Notes: generated from the sequence alone by a model not told the origin. 64,000 nt of DNA from an uncultured Planctomycetota bacterium (GCA_963823665.1 CAWGMQ010000004.1:1440001-1504000); one strand, 5' to 3'. Positions 51,713-62,100 are shown, numbered from the stretch's first letter. Numbers and translations: made by a program.

Positions 51713-54700
51713 TCAGTGCACGGGTTCTCCTCGGCCGCCCCTGAAGGCCAGGTAACCGACCGGAATCAGCAGCCGGGTCAAGAGCATGTTTGTGATCAGG
51801 CCGCCGATGACGGCGATCGCCAGCGGCTGCTGCATCTGGGCACCGGGTCCGCTGCCCATGGCCAGGGGCACCAGACCGAGGATTGTGCAGAGGCTGGTCA
51901 TCAGAATCGGTCGGAACCGGGTGCGACCAGCCTGTACCAGGGCCTCGCGGAGGGGAATACCCTCGCGCCGTAGTTGCCCGATGTACTCGATCAGGATGAT
52001 GCCATTCTTGACGTCGAGTCCGATGAGCAGGATGGCGCCCATGAACGACGAGACGTTGAGCGGAGTGCGTGTGATCCAGAGGGCGAAAAGGGCGCTGGCC
52101 AGCGAGACCGGCTGGGCCAGAAAGATCAGGAGTGGCAGGGTGAGGCTCCTGAACTGGAAACCAAGCAGAAGGAAGACGAGCGCCGCCGCGCAGATAATTA
52201 CCAAGAGCAGACTGGCGAAAGATTCCTGCTGCGCGCGGTAGCTCCCGGCCAGCTCCCAACGATAACCGCGGGGGAACTCGATCTTTTCCAGCTCGGCCCG
52301 CAGGTCGCGGTTGACCGAGCCGAGGTCTCGATTCTCGAGCTCGGCGGTCACCGTGATTACCGGCTGCTGGTTCTCGCGCCACAGCTCGTTCGGGCTGCGC
52401 ACGGTCCGGATCGACGCAATCTGACCGAGCGTGACGAAGCCAATTCCGGCGGACGCGGCGGCACTCGTAGCCCCGGAGGCCGGTGCCGCGGTCGCCAGAC
52501 TGATCGGCAAGAGCGACAGATGCTCCTGGTCGTATCGGACCCGGTCGGGATACCGGACGCGGATTTTGGTCATCCGGTCCTGTTCGGGAACGGTGCTGGC
52601 AACCTGGCCGTAGAGCGCGGCGTTGAGCTGAGCCTCGACGTCGGCCACAGTGAGGCCGACCCGCGACGTCTGGACGCTGTCGGGCCGGATCACGATGTCC
52701 GGGTTGCCAAGATAGACGTGGGCGTTGACGTCAGCCGCGCCATGGACCTCTTCGACGATCTTGCCGACCTTCTCCGCCAGCGTGCGGAGTGTCGCGAACT
52801 CGGGGCCGAAGATCTTGACCTCGACGGGGCTCGCGACGCCCGCCAGGTCGTTGATCTGGTCCTGCACGAGCGGCACGAACTCGGTTTCCAGCTCGGGGAC
52901 CTCGGCCTTGAGCTGCTCGCGGAGGACGTCGAACAGCTCGCTAGCCGGCCGGCGCCGGCCGGGAGGTTTGAGGCTCACCAGGATGTCGCCGGTGTACGCC
53001 TCGGTGGCGAAGAAGCCGAGCTCCGCCCCGGTACGGCGGATGTAGCCGGAGATATCGGGCGTGCGCAGGAGCACGGCCTCAACCCGGCGCAAGACCTTGT
53101 CGGTCTGGGCCAGCGAGGTGCCCACCGGCATTTCGTAGTCGAGCACAAACGCTCCCTCATCCATATCGGGCATGAAGCCGGTCTCAAGGTGCAGGAACAG
53201 CCACACGCCAGGCACGATTGCCAGAATCGCCAGCAGCACCGTCGGCCACGGGAACCGCAGCCCGACCCGCAACATTCCCTCGTAGCGGTTGGCCAGCAGG
53301 TTATAAACAGGGCCGGTCGTCGGCATCGGCCGGCGCCCCAGGAAGCGGGCGGCCAGCACCGGGATGATTGTCAGACTCACCACCATCGAAACCAGCAGCG
53401 CCACGGAGAGCGCCAGGCTCAGCGACTGGAAGAACTGGCCGACCACTCCGCGCACGAACGCGAGCGGCAAGAAGACCAGAATCGTCGTCAGCGTCGAGCC
53501 GATGACTGCGCCGCTGATTTCGCGGCTGGCGCGGTCCACGGCTGCGTCGCCGGTTTCGCCTTCGGCCAGGTGCCGCGCGATGTTCTCGATCACGACCACG
53601 GTGTCGTCGATGATCAGCCCGATGGCGACGGCGAGTCCGCCCAGCGACATCAAGTTCAGCGTGTCTCTGGTCAGGTACAGAAATGCAAAGCTGATCACGA
53701 GGCTAAGGGGGATGGAAAGCGCGGCGATCGCCGTGGCACGCAAGCTCTTGAGAAACAGCAGGAGGATCACAACACTCAGGAGACCGCCCACGACGATGGC
53801 ATCGCGGACGTTGGCGATCGCGGTGCGGACAAGCGACCCTTGGTCGTAGACGGGATGAATCTCGATGCCGTTCGGGACACTCTTCGCCGCGTCGGCCAGG
53901 ACACTCCGCAGGGCGCTCGAGACGGCCAGTGCGTTGCCCCCCAGGCGGCGGAACACCGTCAGGGCGACTGCATCCTTGCCATTGGAACGGATCGCCATCG
54001 TCCGATCCTCGTGTCCGATCGCGACGCGACCCAGGTCGCGGAGCCGGATCGGCTGCCCATTCTTCTCGGCGATGACGACGTCCTCCAGATCGAACGGGTC
54101 GGTCGCCTGCGTATCGGAGAGCACCTGGTATTGCAACGCCCCGCGGTCGAGACGCCCGACCGCCTTGAGCCGGTGCTCCCGTCCCAGGCGGTCGGAGACG
54201 TCGGAGATCGATAGGTTGGCTGCAGCCAGCGAATCGGGAAGAAGCTCGACGATGATCTCCCGGATGTCGCCCCCTTGAACAGTGACGTACGAGACGTCGG
54301 GTATGCGGCTGATCCGGGGCCGCAGGTCGTAGTAGGCGTAGTCGTGCAGGGCCGACGGATCACGACCGCCGGTCACCACGAACGAGATGATCGGGAAGAC
54401 CGAGGGGGTCTGGCGCTCGGTGATCGTGCTCGTGCCGGGGGGGAGCTGTGCACCGACTTCGGCCATGCGGGCGCGCACGTCATTCAGCGCCTGGATCATG
54501 TCGGTCTCCGGGGCGAAGTCGATCGACAGCTCGGCGGCCCCGCGCACAGACTTGGACCGGACGCGGACGACTCCCAGCACGATGCCGACGACCTCCTCGA
54601 TCGGGCGGGTGACGGCCACCTCGACATCCTTGACCGCAAGTCCCGGCGTTTGCGCGATGACGACGATTCGGGGGAAGGCAACCTCCGGATAGATCCCGCT

Positions 54701-54853
54701 GGGCATGCGCAGCATCGCCACGGTGCCGAAGACGGTCAACAAAGCGGTGGTCAGAACGATCAGGCCGAAGTACGGCCTGGCCACGGCAACCAGGTTGATG
54801 CCTGCGGCGACGGGCGGGCGGCGAGCGGTCTCCGGTTCCGCGGTCAGGCTCAT
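51713..54853 (-). CDS. RND efflux permease (AcrB/CzcA superfamily)
   Basis: 1046 aa, NLMSLGGLAVAIGLIIDDTVVVIEN, VKNGIIL, RFRPILMT. Confidence 0.96.
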   Translation of the reverse strand: MSLTAEPETARRPPVAAGINLVAVARPYFGLIVLTTALLTVFGTVAMLRMPSGIYPEVAFPRIVVIAQTPGLAVKDVEVAVTRPIEEVVGIVLGVVRVRSKSVRGAAELSIDFAPETDMIQALNDVRARMAEVGAQLPPGTSTITERQTPSVFPIISFVVTGGRDPSALHDYAYYDLRPRISRIPDVSYVTVQGGDIREIIVELLPDSLAAANLSISDVSDRLGREHRLKAVGRLDRGALQYQVLSDTQATDPFDLEDVVIAEKNGQPIRLRDLGRVAIGHEDRTMAIRSNGKDAVALTVFRRLGGNALAVSSALRSVLADAAKSVPNGIEIHPVYDQGSLVRTAIANVRDAIVVGGLLSVVILLLFLKSLRATAIAALSIPLSLVISFAFLYLTRDTLNLMSLGGLAVAIGLIIDDTVVVIENIARHLAEGETGDAAVDRASREISGAVIGSTLTTILVFLPLAFVRGVVGQFFQSLSLALSVALLVSMVVSLTIIPVLAARFLGRRPMPTTGPVYNLLANRYEGMLRVGLRFPWPTVLLAILAIVPGVWLFLHLETGFMPDMDEGAFVLDYEMPVGTSLAQTDKVLRRVEAVLLRTPDISGYIRRTGAELGFFATEAYTGDILVSLKPPGRRRPASELFDVLREQLKAEVPELETEFVPLVQDQINDLAGVASPVEVKIFGPEFATLRTLAEKVGKIVEEVHGAADVNAHVYLGNPDIVIRPDSVQTSRVGLTVADVEAQLNAALYGQVASTVPEQDRMTKIRVRYPDRVRYDQEHLSLLPISLATAAPASGATSAAASAGIGFVTLGQIASIRTVRSPNELWRENQQPVITVTAELENRDLGSVNRDLRAELEKIEFPRGYRWELAGSYRAQQESFASLLLVIICAAALVFLLLGFQFRSLTLPLLIFLAQPVSLASALFALWITRTPLNVSSFMGAILLIGLDVKNGIILIEYIGQLRREGIPLREALVQAGRTRFRPILMTSLCTILGLVPLAMGSGPGAQMQQPLAIAVIGGLITNMLLTRLLIPVGYLAFRGGRGEPVH

Positions 54854-56169
54854 TGGGCGCCTTCCTCTGCCGGGGCCGCGCTCTTCTCGCCTTCCAGCTT
54901 GACTCCGGCGCCTTCAGGCAGGTTGTATCCACCTTCCACGATCACCGGCTCCCCCTCTTTCAGATCGGTGGACGAGATTCCCACCCAGCCGTCATTCGAT
55001 GCCCCGACCTCGGGGTGGAGCACGACGGACTTGCCGTCCCGGACGACGGATAGGACCGGTCCCTCTCCCAGGTCGAGGATCGCCGCGGACGGGACCTGGA
55101 GCACGGCTTTTTGCTCGCTCACCACAATGGATACTCGGACCGACTCCCCGATCGTAAGCCGCCCCTGCGGGTTGTCCACCAGGACGCGGATCGGAAGGTT
55201 TCCCGACTGCGGGTCGGCTACCTGACCCACGAATGTAACCTTGCCGGTCATCTCGTCCTTTTCGGCACCGGAGGAGCCCCGTGAGGGTCCGCCGGAATCG
55301 ACAATCGCCACGCGAGCCAGTTGCCCGACGTGCACCAGCGATGCCGACCGGGTAGGGTTCCAGACCGACGCGAACACCTGTCGCGTATCGACCACCTCGC
55401 CGATCGGGCTGCCGACCGCGATCGTCTGACCGATGCGGCACGTGAGACTATCCACCGTGCCATCGATCGGCGCGCGTATCGTATGGTAGTCCAGGTGCGC
55501 CCTGGAAAATGCGACCAGCGCATCGGCCGTCTTGATTCTGCCCTCGGCCTCTGCGACTGCCTCCGGACGCGGGCCGATTATCATTGCGTGCAACGTGGCC
55601 TCGGCTGTCTTCTGCTGCAACCGGGCTACCTCGACGGCTTTCTCCGCGTCGAACAATTGCTGCTTCGAGGCCAGGTTGGTAACCCTGAGTGATTGGAGCC
55701 CCTCGGCGACGGCCTGCGCACGTTCGACCGCCACCCTGGCCTGATCGACCGCAAGCTCGCCCGGCGCCCGCTCTTCGCGGCGGGGTAGCGATTTGAGGAC
55801 GGCCAGAGACGCTCTGAGTCCGTCGCGAGTTGCAGTTTTCTCTGCCAGGTCTGCTCGTGCGACCGTCTCGTCGAGCGCAACCAGCGGCTGTCCCTTCTTG
55901 ACCGCATCGCCTTGCTTTACGAACAGTTCGTGGACATGCCCCTCGACGGCCGGTGTCAGTGTCGCAATGCGGTCCGGCAGAGCTTCGCACCTCCCGAGGG
56001 CCTCCACAGTCTCCGACATCGCCCCCCGTCGCGCCGGCTCGGTTCGCACTGAGACAGATGCTTCGTGCGTCTCGTCGGCAGCACCATCCTCCGTCTCGCT
56101 CCCGTGCTCCTTGCATCCGACCACCCCAGCCAGGAGCAAGACACCCGTAACCAAACGCCGATGAACCAT
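54850..56169 (-). CDS. RND periplasmic adaptor (membrane fusion) lipoprotein
   Basis: Lipobox VVGC, lipoyl halves VKQGDAVKKGQPL and IRAPIDGTV, coiled hairpin. Confidence 0.93.
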   Translation of the reverse strand: MVHRRLVTGVLLLAGVVGCKEHGSETEDGAADETHEASVSVRTEPARRGAMSETVEALGRCEALPDRIATLTPAVEGHVHELFVKQGDAVKKGQPLVALDETVARADLAEKTATRDGLRASLAVLKSLPRREERAPGELAVDQARVAVERAQAVAEGLQSLRVTNLASKQQLFDAEKAVEVARLQQKTAEATLHAMIIGPRPEAVAEAEGRIKTADALVAFSRAHLDYHTIRAPIDGTVDSLTCRIGQTIAVGSPIGEVVDTRQVFASVWNPTRSASLVHVGQLARVAIVDSGGPSRGSSGAEKDEMTGKVTFVGQVADPQSGNLPIRVLVDNPQGRLTIGESVRVSIVVSEQKAVLQVPSAAILDLGEGPVLSVVRDGKSVVLHPEVGASNDGWVGISSTDLKEGEPVIVEGGYNLPEGAGVKLEGEKSAAPAEEGAQ

Positions 56170-56283
56170 GATCGCAATGCCTCGGTTCGCTCAAGGTGTT
56201 AAAGGTCTCTGAGGGAATGTGGCCCACAGACGATCGCTTTACCAAGGTACACGCTGGCAGAATGCACGGCATGAGCAGTTTGG

Positions 56284-56397
56284 TTAATTCTTTTTAATGA
56301 ACGAGTGATCGATTCGAGGCTGTCGCTTCTGCAAAAACAATGACACAGCATCACTGAACGCCTCGGGCTGTTCGATGTTGACCATGTGGCCGGGAAA
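56284..56397 (-). pseudogene. C-terminal remnant of an alpha/beta-hydrolase
   Basis: Reverse translation FPGHMVNIEQPEAFSDAVSLFL resembles the catalytic-His tail GHxxxxEQPExFxxAVxxFL. The rest of the gene is absent. Confidence 0.5.
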
Positions 56398-56534
56398 TCT
56401 GGACGTCCATCTTCCGACGACAATGCGGAGATCGAGACACTGCATCAAGTCTGCGGACTCTCCAAGAAACTCGGAACCGTTCGCGGCGGTCGCTACACTA
56501 TGAGGGTCAACGCCAGCTATGGAGGGTCAGAACT

Positions 56535-58712
56535 GTGCATGGGAAACGAACATCGGCCCTGATTCATGGCGTCCAGACGCTCTTCGAATCCGGCGCGATC
56601 GGTCAGCAGACTGACGGCGAGCTATTACGGCGCTTTCGCGAATGCCATGAGACAGCCGAGGCTTCGTTTGATGTGCTCCTTGAGCGTCACGGGCCGATGG
56701 TTCTGCGCGTCTGTCGTTCCATCCTGCGCGATGAGCACGATGCGCAGGACGCTTTCCAGGCGACTTTTCTGGTTCTGGTCCGCCGTGCCCACTCGGTGCG
56801 AAATCGAGAATCGATCGGAAGCCGGCTGTACGGTGTCGCGCTGCGAGTGGCGGCCTGTGCCCGGTCCTCGATCGCCCACCGTCGCAAACAAGAATGCCGG
56901 GCCGCCGAGCGGGCGGCTTCGGTCCCGGTCGACGATGCGGCTCGTCGCGAGATCACCGCGATCATCCACGAAGAGCTCGGCCGAGCTGGCCCGCGCCAGG
57001 TCTCCGACCTGGTTTCTCTGAGAGCACTTCACTACGCACGCAGAGCGTTGAGCGCCACGCAAATCACTCGAGCATTGCTCATCCCCTCGCTCCTGCTGGC
57101 CGGGCTCATTGCCGCCGCGGGCGCCGCATTCGCATTACCGAAGCAGGAACCGTCACGCGCCGGTGCGGCGGCTCAGACGACGGCGAAGGACGCCGCGCTG
57201 GCCAAACAGGCGAATGGTCGTATGACGAAGGAGATTCTTTTCGTCCACGTCGTCGATACCAGCGGCCAGGGTGTGCCGAACGTCGAGGTCAAGACTCGGG
57301 ATCGACTCACTGCCAAAGAAATCGGCCGCTTTCGGACGGGGCTGGGCGGCTGGTTGACGGTTCCCGTCGACGAATCGTTCACACAAATCGTGTTCGAGGC
57401 CCGGCCCGATGCTCAAACGCTCGGCTGGGCGAGCATCCGCTCGGGGGAGCTGACACCGACCGGACGGAAGGACGACCCCGTGAATATGGTCCTCCTGCCG
57501 CGCACGCATCGGGTCGAAGGATCGATCGTCGATGTGCGAGGCAAGCCGATTCGCGGCGCCACGGTGCAGGTTGTGCAGCTCAATCACGACGTCAATCGAT
57601 TCGCGACGGGTTCTGGGCAACTTTGGGCGGAATCAGCCTTGGTGGGCTCGGCCGTTACTGACCAGGCGGGTAAGTACGCTATGACGCTGCCGCAGGGCAC
57701 GAGCACCCTCCTTTCCGTACATCACCCCAGGTATTTCGGGCCGACCTTTGGCTGTCATCCCGAAGACCGCGCGCTCAAGCCGGTTACCCTGCGGGACGCC
57801 GGTGGAATCGCGGGCACCGTGATCAACTCGATCACCAAACAGCCCGTCGCTGGCGCACAGGTTGGCGTCGAGCTCGTCGAGCTTCCCGACACAGTCCTGG
57901 GCGGCGGAGGAGGGAAAGCGACCACGGACGCTGGCGGCGGGTTTGTCATCGGCGGCCTGGGACCCGGGACATACAACCTGCTTTTCTATGGCAGCCCGAA
58001 CGAAAAAGCACTGGTCGCACAGGCGGTCGAAGGCGTGCGCGTCAAGGTGGGGGAAGACACACGCGCCGACTTGTCGGTGATCACGGGCCGGCGACTGCGC
58101 GGAGTTGCGATCGATACCGTGACGAATAAGCCCATGGCCGGCGCATGGATCATGTGTCATAGCCTTTCTCATCCCCGCTCGGGCGCCGCCTGCCAGAGTG
58201 TGAGAGCCGACGAGCTCGGGCAGTTCGAGTTCTTTGTACCGCCGGGTCCGGTCTTCGTGTACATCGGGAGTGCCGGGCTGGTCGGACGAAGCCACAAGAA
58301 GCACCTGATCGTCCCCGATGACCAAGACCCCGAGCAAGTGATCCTCGAGCGGCGCTACCCCGTAGGATTCGATTCCTCCCCTCGCCCGTACTTACCAGTG
58401 AAATGCACTGTCCACGTGCGAATGGCAGTCGTCGACGGCGGCCAGGGGGCAGGGGGGCGCACGCTGAGCGGTCGAGTTTTTGACCCAGGCGGCTTGCCGA
58501 TTGCCAGCGTGCGCGTCCATTACAACGCCAACAAGCGGTTCGTCGAAGCCGCGACAGATCGCATGGGCTTCTTCCGCCTGACGGGGCTTCCACCAGGGCT
58601 GCTACGTATCGGCCTTGTCAAGAACGGATACGGACGCGGTTCGGTGGAGATTCCAGCCGAGGCGTATGAAGTGGACATCATACTGGCCAAGGGCGCCGAG
58701 CAGGACGAGTGA
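56535..58712 (+). CDS. ECF-like sigma factor (sigma2 only, region 4 missing) fused to a TM helix and carboxypeptidase-regulatory-like repeats
   Basis: LLERHGPMVLRVCRSILRDEHDAQDAFQATFLVL. HEELGR is not followed by LPxxYR/CYLEG. Repeated GxVxDxxGKPxxGAxV...TDxxGxF units. Confidence 0.85.
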   Translation: MHGKRTSALIHGVQTLFESGAIGQQTDGELLRRFRECHETAEASFDVLLERHGPMVLRVCRSILRDEHDAQDAFQATFLVLVRRAHSVRNRESIGSRLYGVALRVAACARSSIAHRRKQECRAAERAASVPVDDAARREITAIIHEELGRAGPRQVSDLVSLRALHYARRALSATQITRALLIPSLLLAGLIAAAGAAFALPKQEPSRAGAAAQTTAKDAALAKQANGRMTKEILFVHVVDTSGQGVPNVEVKTRDRLTAKEIGRFRTGLGGWLTVPVDESFTQIVFEARPDAQTLGWASIRSGELTPTGRKDDPVNMVLLPRTHRVEGSIVDVRGKPIRGATVQVVQLNHDVNRFATGSGQLWAESALVGSAVTDQAGKYAMTLPQGTSTLLSVHHPRYFGPTFGCHPEDRALKPVTLRDAGGIAGTVINSITKQPVAGAQVGVELVELPDTVLGGGGGKATTDAGGGFVIGGLGPGTYNLLFYGSPNEKALVAQAVEGVRVKVGEDTRADLSVITGRRLRGVAIDTVTNKPMAGAWIMCHSLSHPRSGAACQSVRADELGQFEFFVPPGPVFVYIGSAGLVGRSHKKHLIVPDDQDPEQVILERRYPVGFDSSPRPYLPVKCTVHVRMAVVDGGQGAGGRTLSGRVFDPGGLPIASVRVHYNANKRFVEAATDRMGFFRLTGLPPGLLRIGLVKNGYGRGSVEIPAEAYEVDIILAKGAEQDE

Positions 58713-58753
58713 GCGGTGCGCTCTGCTGGTATGCGGTCGTTGCCGGTCCATTA

Positions 58754-59503
58754 TCATCTGGCTTCTTTTGGTCGCTCAGGCCGTCGCAGTCGCAAAGGCG
58801 GTAAGGTGAACGACCGGAAGCCAACAGGAATCTCCACAGTCTCTCGAAAGCCCCGAGCGTATGCTTGCGCGTACGTCGCGGGAAGGCTGAAAGCGACGAC
58901 CTCTGCCTTGCCGGAGTTCAGCCTGACGCGGAAAACGCCGCGCAAGTCTGTCTCCCGGATCGGGGCCAAGTTTCCGAGGAAAGACAGCCTTCCGAACCCG
59001 ATGATAGCCAGTTTGACTGGCGTGACAGGGTCGTCAGACTCGGCATCGACGAACCGCCCTTCGACTTCCACGCCTTCGAGCAGCTCGAGCTCCACCCCCT
59101 CGACTCGCCGCCCCGGCTCGAGTGCCACGACTGCGGGCCGGTAGGTCCATCGGTCATCCGCAGGGGGAGAGTGGATGTAGATCTCTGCCTTACCCTGGCA
59201 CATCGCCGGTAGCTCACCAGCCAGCTCGAACTTGCCGGAGGCGTCTGTCTCCGTCCAGTCCATTCCGAGCAACGGTCCGGGCGGGTGCTTGAAATCGCCC
59301 TTGACGAGCTGGAGCCTCAAGCCGCCGACGCGAACGCCCGGCACATGCGTCGTGACGCGGCCCGCGATGCGAACCCTGGGTGCGGTGCTGAACTTGATTC
59401 TCGTCTGGTTCCAGACCGCGGCGGCGCCGCCCGCGGTCACGAGCAAAAGCGCCAGGCCGAGCCTGGTCCTCCTTTTGATCCGGACGGATGATTGGTTGAG
59501 CAT
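58754..59503 (-). CDS. Hypothetical membrane-anchored protein with carboxypeptidase-regulatory-like domains
   Basis: N-terminal TM, TETDASGKFEL, VEGRFVDAES, ETDLRGVFRV. Confidence 0.65.
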   Translation of the reverse strand: MLNQSSVRIKRRTRLGLALLLVTAGGAAAVWNQTRIKFSTAPRVRIAGRVTTHVPGVRVGGLRLQLVKGDFKHPPGPLLGMDWTETDASGKFELAGELPAMCQGKAEIYIHSPPADDRWTYRPAVVALEPGRRVEGVELELLEGVEVEGRFVDAESDDPVTPVKLAIIGFGRLSFLGNLAPIRETDLRGVFRVRLNSGKAEVVAFSLPATYAQAYARGFRETVEIPVGFRSFTLPPLRLRRPERPKEAR

Positions 59504-59761
59504 GCCTCACCCTCGCTTCGACGCGGCACGTCACTTCATCCCGCGCCGAAATAGCCTGGTGGCTTTCTCCTCGCGTCCACCAGTTTACACTCCCGGAAGA
59601 TCGGGGCGATGGGTAATTGATTGCGAAGCAAATAACGATCATGCTGTCACGATCATCATCCGTTTGCGCCGGAATCCCGATTGCGGAGCCGACTTGCTCA
59701 AGCAGACGCGCGTGCGTCATGCCGGCGCAGTGTTGATGTCAAAACGTCTGAGGAATCGCGG

Positions 59762-60235
59762 ATGCCCGTCGCAACAGCCAAAGTCCAAGGTCGCCGCAAG
59801 CTCGCGTACAAGTCATTTGACGAGTTGCTCGCCGATGCCGACCGGCTCAGCGCCGGACCGGTGAAGACGCTGGGCAACTGGTCGCCGGGGCAGATTTTTC
59901 GCCACCTCGCGATCGCCTACAACGGCTCGATTGATGGCTTCAACACGACCTTTCCCTGGTTCATGCGGTTCGTGGCCGGAATGTTCAAGAACAAGCTGAT
60001 CAACGGCGCGATGCCGCCTGGAATCAAAGTGCCAGCCAAGTTCGCGAAGCAGGTGATGCCCGACGCGACCTCCACGGAAGACGGCCTGGCTCAGCCTCAC
60101 GCGGCTGTCGCACGACTGAAACGAGAGCCGCAACGCGGCAAGCATCCGGTGTTCGGCGATATGACCAAAGAGGAGTGGGACAAGATCCACTTGAACCACG
60201 CGAACTTGCACATGAGTTTTCTGGTTCCGGAGTGA
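59762..60235 (+). CDS. DUF1569 (DinB-like) protein
   Basis: RRKLAYKSFDE, GNWSPGQIFRHL, HPVFGDMTKEEWDKIHLNHANLHMSF. Confidence 0.9.
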   Translation: MPVATAKVQGRRKLAYKSFDELLADADRLSAGPVKTLGNWSPGQIFRHLAIAYNGSIDGFNTTFPWFMRFVAGMFKNKLINGAMPPGIKVPAKFAKQVMPDATSTEDGLAQPHAAVARLKREPQRGKHPVFGDMTKEEWDKIHLNHANLHMSFLVPE

Positions 60236-60372
60236 ATATGCACGGGGCGTTTCGCCATTGAGCGCGTTCAGCGGCCGATGCACAAACGTCACATCAAATT
60301 CACGTGAGCTTCACGGCGGCTTCAGCCCGATCGGCGATGATCGGATTTTCGACTCTCACCTGGAGAACGTCC

Positions 60373-61839
60373 ATGCGAACGGTCCGACTGCTCATCGCCG
60401 GAACCCTCCTCCTTTCCCTACGCTCTGCCTGGGCCGGTGTTGCGGACGAGGCGCACGGTGCACTTGCAGCCGCGTTCTCGGTGAAGCCGTACCTTCAGAT
60501 CGGCCGCACGCCGGCCCGCGACGCACTGGTGCTGCTCTGGCACACACCCGACGCGGACGCCGAGTGGTCCGTCGAATATCAGGCCGGGGAGAGCCGGAAC
60601 TGGACGAAGGTGGGCGAACCTGCTTATCGGACGGTCGCGCTGCCTGGCGTCGAGCCGCACCGCGTGTATCGGGCCGCCTTGACCGGCCTCGCGCCGGGCG
60701 GCACGTTCGGCTACCGTGTCATAAAGGGCGGAGAGGCTGTTTTCTCGGCCGAAGCGCGGGCCCCCAAGTCGGCGAGCCAGCGCTACCGCTTTGTCGCGTT
60801 CGGCGATTGCGGGGCGGGCACGGCTGAGCAGAAACCAATTGCCTACCAGGCGTTCCTGGCGAAGCCGGATTTTCTGATCATTCCCGGAGACATGGTCTAC
60901 GAGCGCGGCCGGGTCGCCGAGTACCGCGACCAGTTCTGGCCGGTTTACAACGCCGACGAGCCCTCGCCGTCGGGTGGCGTGCCGCTGGCCAGGTCGACCC
61001 TCTTGCTGGCCGCGCCGGGGAACCACGACACCGACACCCGCGACCCGGAGAAGATGAACGGGAACCTCGCGTATTTCTACTACTGGGATCAACCGCTCAA
61101 CGGCCCGGTTGGCAAGGAAGGGGGGCCATTTGTGCCCACGCTCGACCTGCCGGAGGCGTTCCGGACGGGTCTGGTGCGGGCCGCGGGCGATGCCTATCCC
61201 CGGATGACAAACTTCTCGTTCGACTACGGCAACGCCCACTGGACGGTGATCGACTCCAATCCTTACGTCGACTGGGCCGACCGGACCGACCACTCGCTGA
61301 AGGACTGGATCGCGGCCGATCTGGCTGCCGCTCGGGGCGCGACGTGGCGGTTCATCGCATTCCACCACCCCGGCTTCAATTCGGCCCGCGAGCACTATGA
61401 GCAGCAGCAGATGCGGCTGCTCGCCCCGACCTTTGAAGCAGGCAAGGTGGACGTTGTCTTCAGCGGCCACGTCCACAACTATCAGCGATCGTACCCGCTG
61501 CGGTTCGTGCCCGATAAGAGCAGCACGCTGCTGGTAAGCAACGACCGCAAGACACCGAGGGGCCGGGTTGTCAACGGCCGGTGGACGCTCGACAAGACGT
61601 TCGATGGACGCTCGGACACCACGCCAGAGGGCGTGATTTACGTTATCACGGGCGCGGGAGGTCAGCACCTCTACAACCCCGAGCAGCAGGACGACCGCGA
61701 CTCCTGGCAGGGATTCACCTCCAAGTTTGTCTCCAAGGTCCATTCGCTGACCGTCGCCGACGTCGAGGGAACGACCCTCTCCGTGCGCCAGATCTCGGTG
61801 GACGGTGAGGAACTCGATCGCTTCGTGCTCACGAAGTGA
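60373..61839 (+). CDS. Secreted purple-acid-phosphatase-like metallophosphoesterase with N-terminal FN3-like domain
   Basis: AFGDCG, PGDMVY, APGNHD, AFHHP, FSGHVHNY. Confidence 0.92.
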   Translation: MRTVRLLIAGTLLLSLRSAWAGVADEAHGALAAAFSVKPYLQIGRTPARDALVLLWHTPDADAEWSVEYQAGESRNWTKVGEPAYRTVALPGVEPHRVYRAALTGLAPGGTFGYRVIKGGEAVFSAEARAPKSASQRYRFVAFGDCGAGTAEQKPIAYQAFLAKPDFLIIPGDMVYERGRVAEYRDQFWPVYNADEPSPSGGVPLARSTLLLAAPGNHDTDTRDPEKMNGNLAYFYYWDQPLNGPVGKEGGPFVPTLDLPEAFRTGLVRAAGDAYPRMTNFSFDYGNAHWTVIDSNPYVDWADRTDHSLKDWIAADLAAARGATWRFIAFHHPGFNSAREHYEQQQMRLLAPTFEAGKVDVVFSGHVHNYQRSYPLRFVPDKSSTLLVSNDRKTPRGRVVNGRWTLDKTFDGRSDTTPEGVIYVITGAGGQHLYNPEQQDDRDSWQGFTSKFVSKVHSLTVADVEGTTLSVRQISVDGEELDRFVLTK

Positions 61840-62005
61840 CGCGGTTCGCCTTGATCCAATTCACGATCTCGTTGCGGCACGGGCGTGAATCTGGCGGGGA
61901 GATCGCACTTACGTGCGAGGTTGGAAGTTCCCCGTCCGAACCACGGTCTCACGACCGTGGTCACGCGCTTTTCGTGAAACCGCGCGTGACCGTGCGCCGC
62001 GTTGC

Positions 62006-62035
62006 TTGAGCGAAATCGCTTCCCACCGTTACAAT
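62006..62035 (+). promoter_or_regulatory. Sigma70-type promoter of glyA
   Basis: TTGAGC-N18-TACAAT. Confidence 0.55.
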
Positions 62036-62100
62036 CGCTCGAGACGTAGACCTTCTTTAGAACACGACCATTCTTATCTCGACTCCACTTGAGCACCCTC

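Noticed and set aside
51708..52382. Long N-terminal extension of the response regulator in ORF 51006..52382
   Set aside because: It overlaps the RND gene in another frame. The real start is ATG 51707.
61860..62000. Two adjacent hairpins upstream of glyA as a ZTP or glycine riboswitch
   Set aside because: They lack the consensus of either motif and lie upstream of the apparent glyA promoter (62006-62035).
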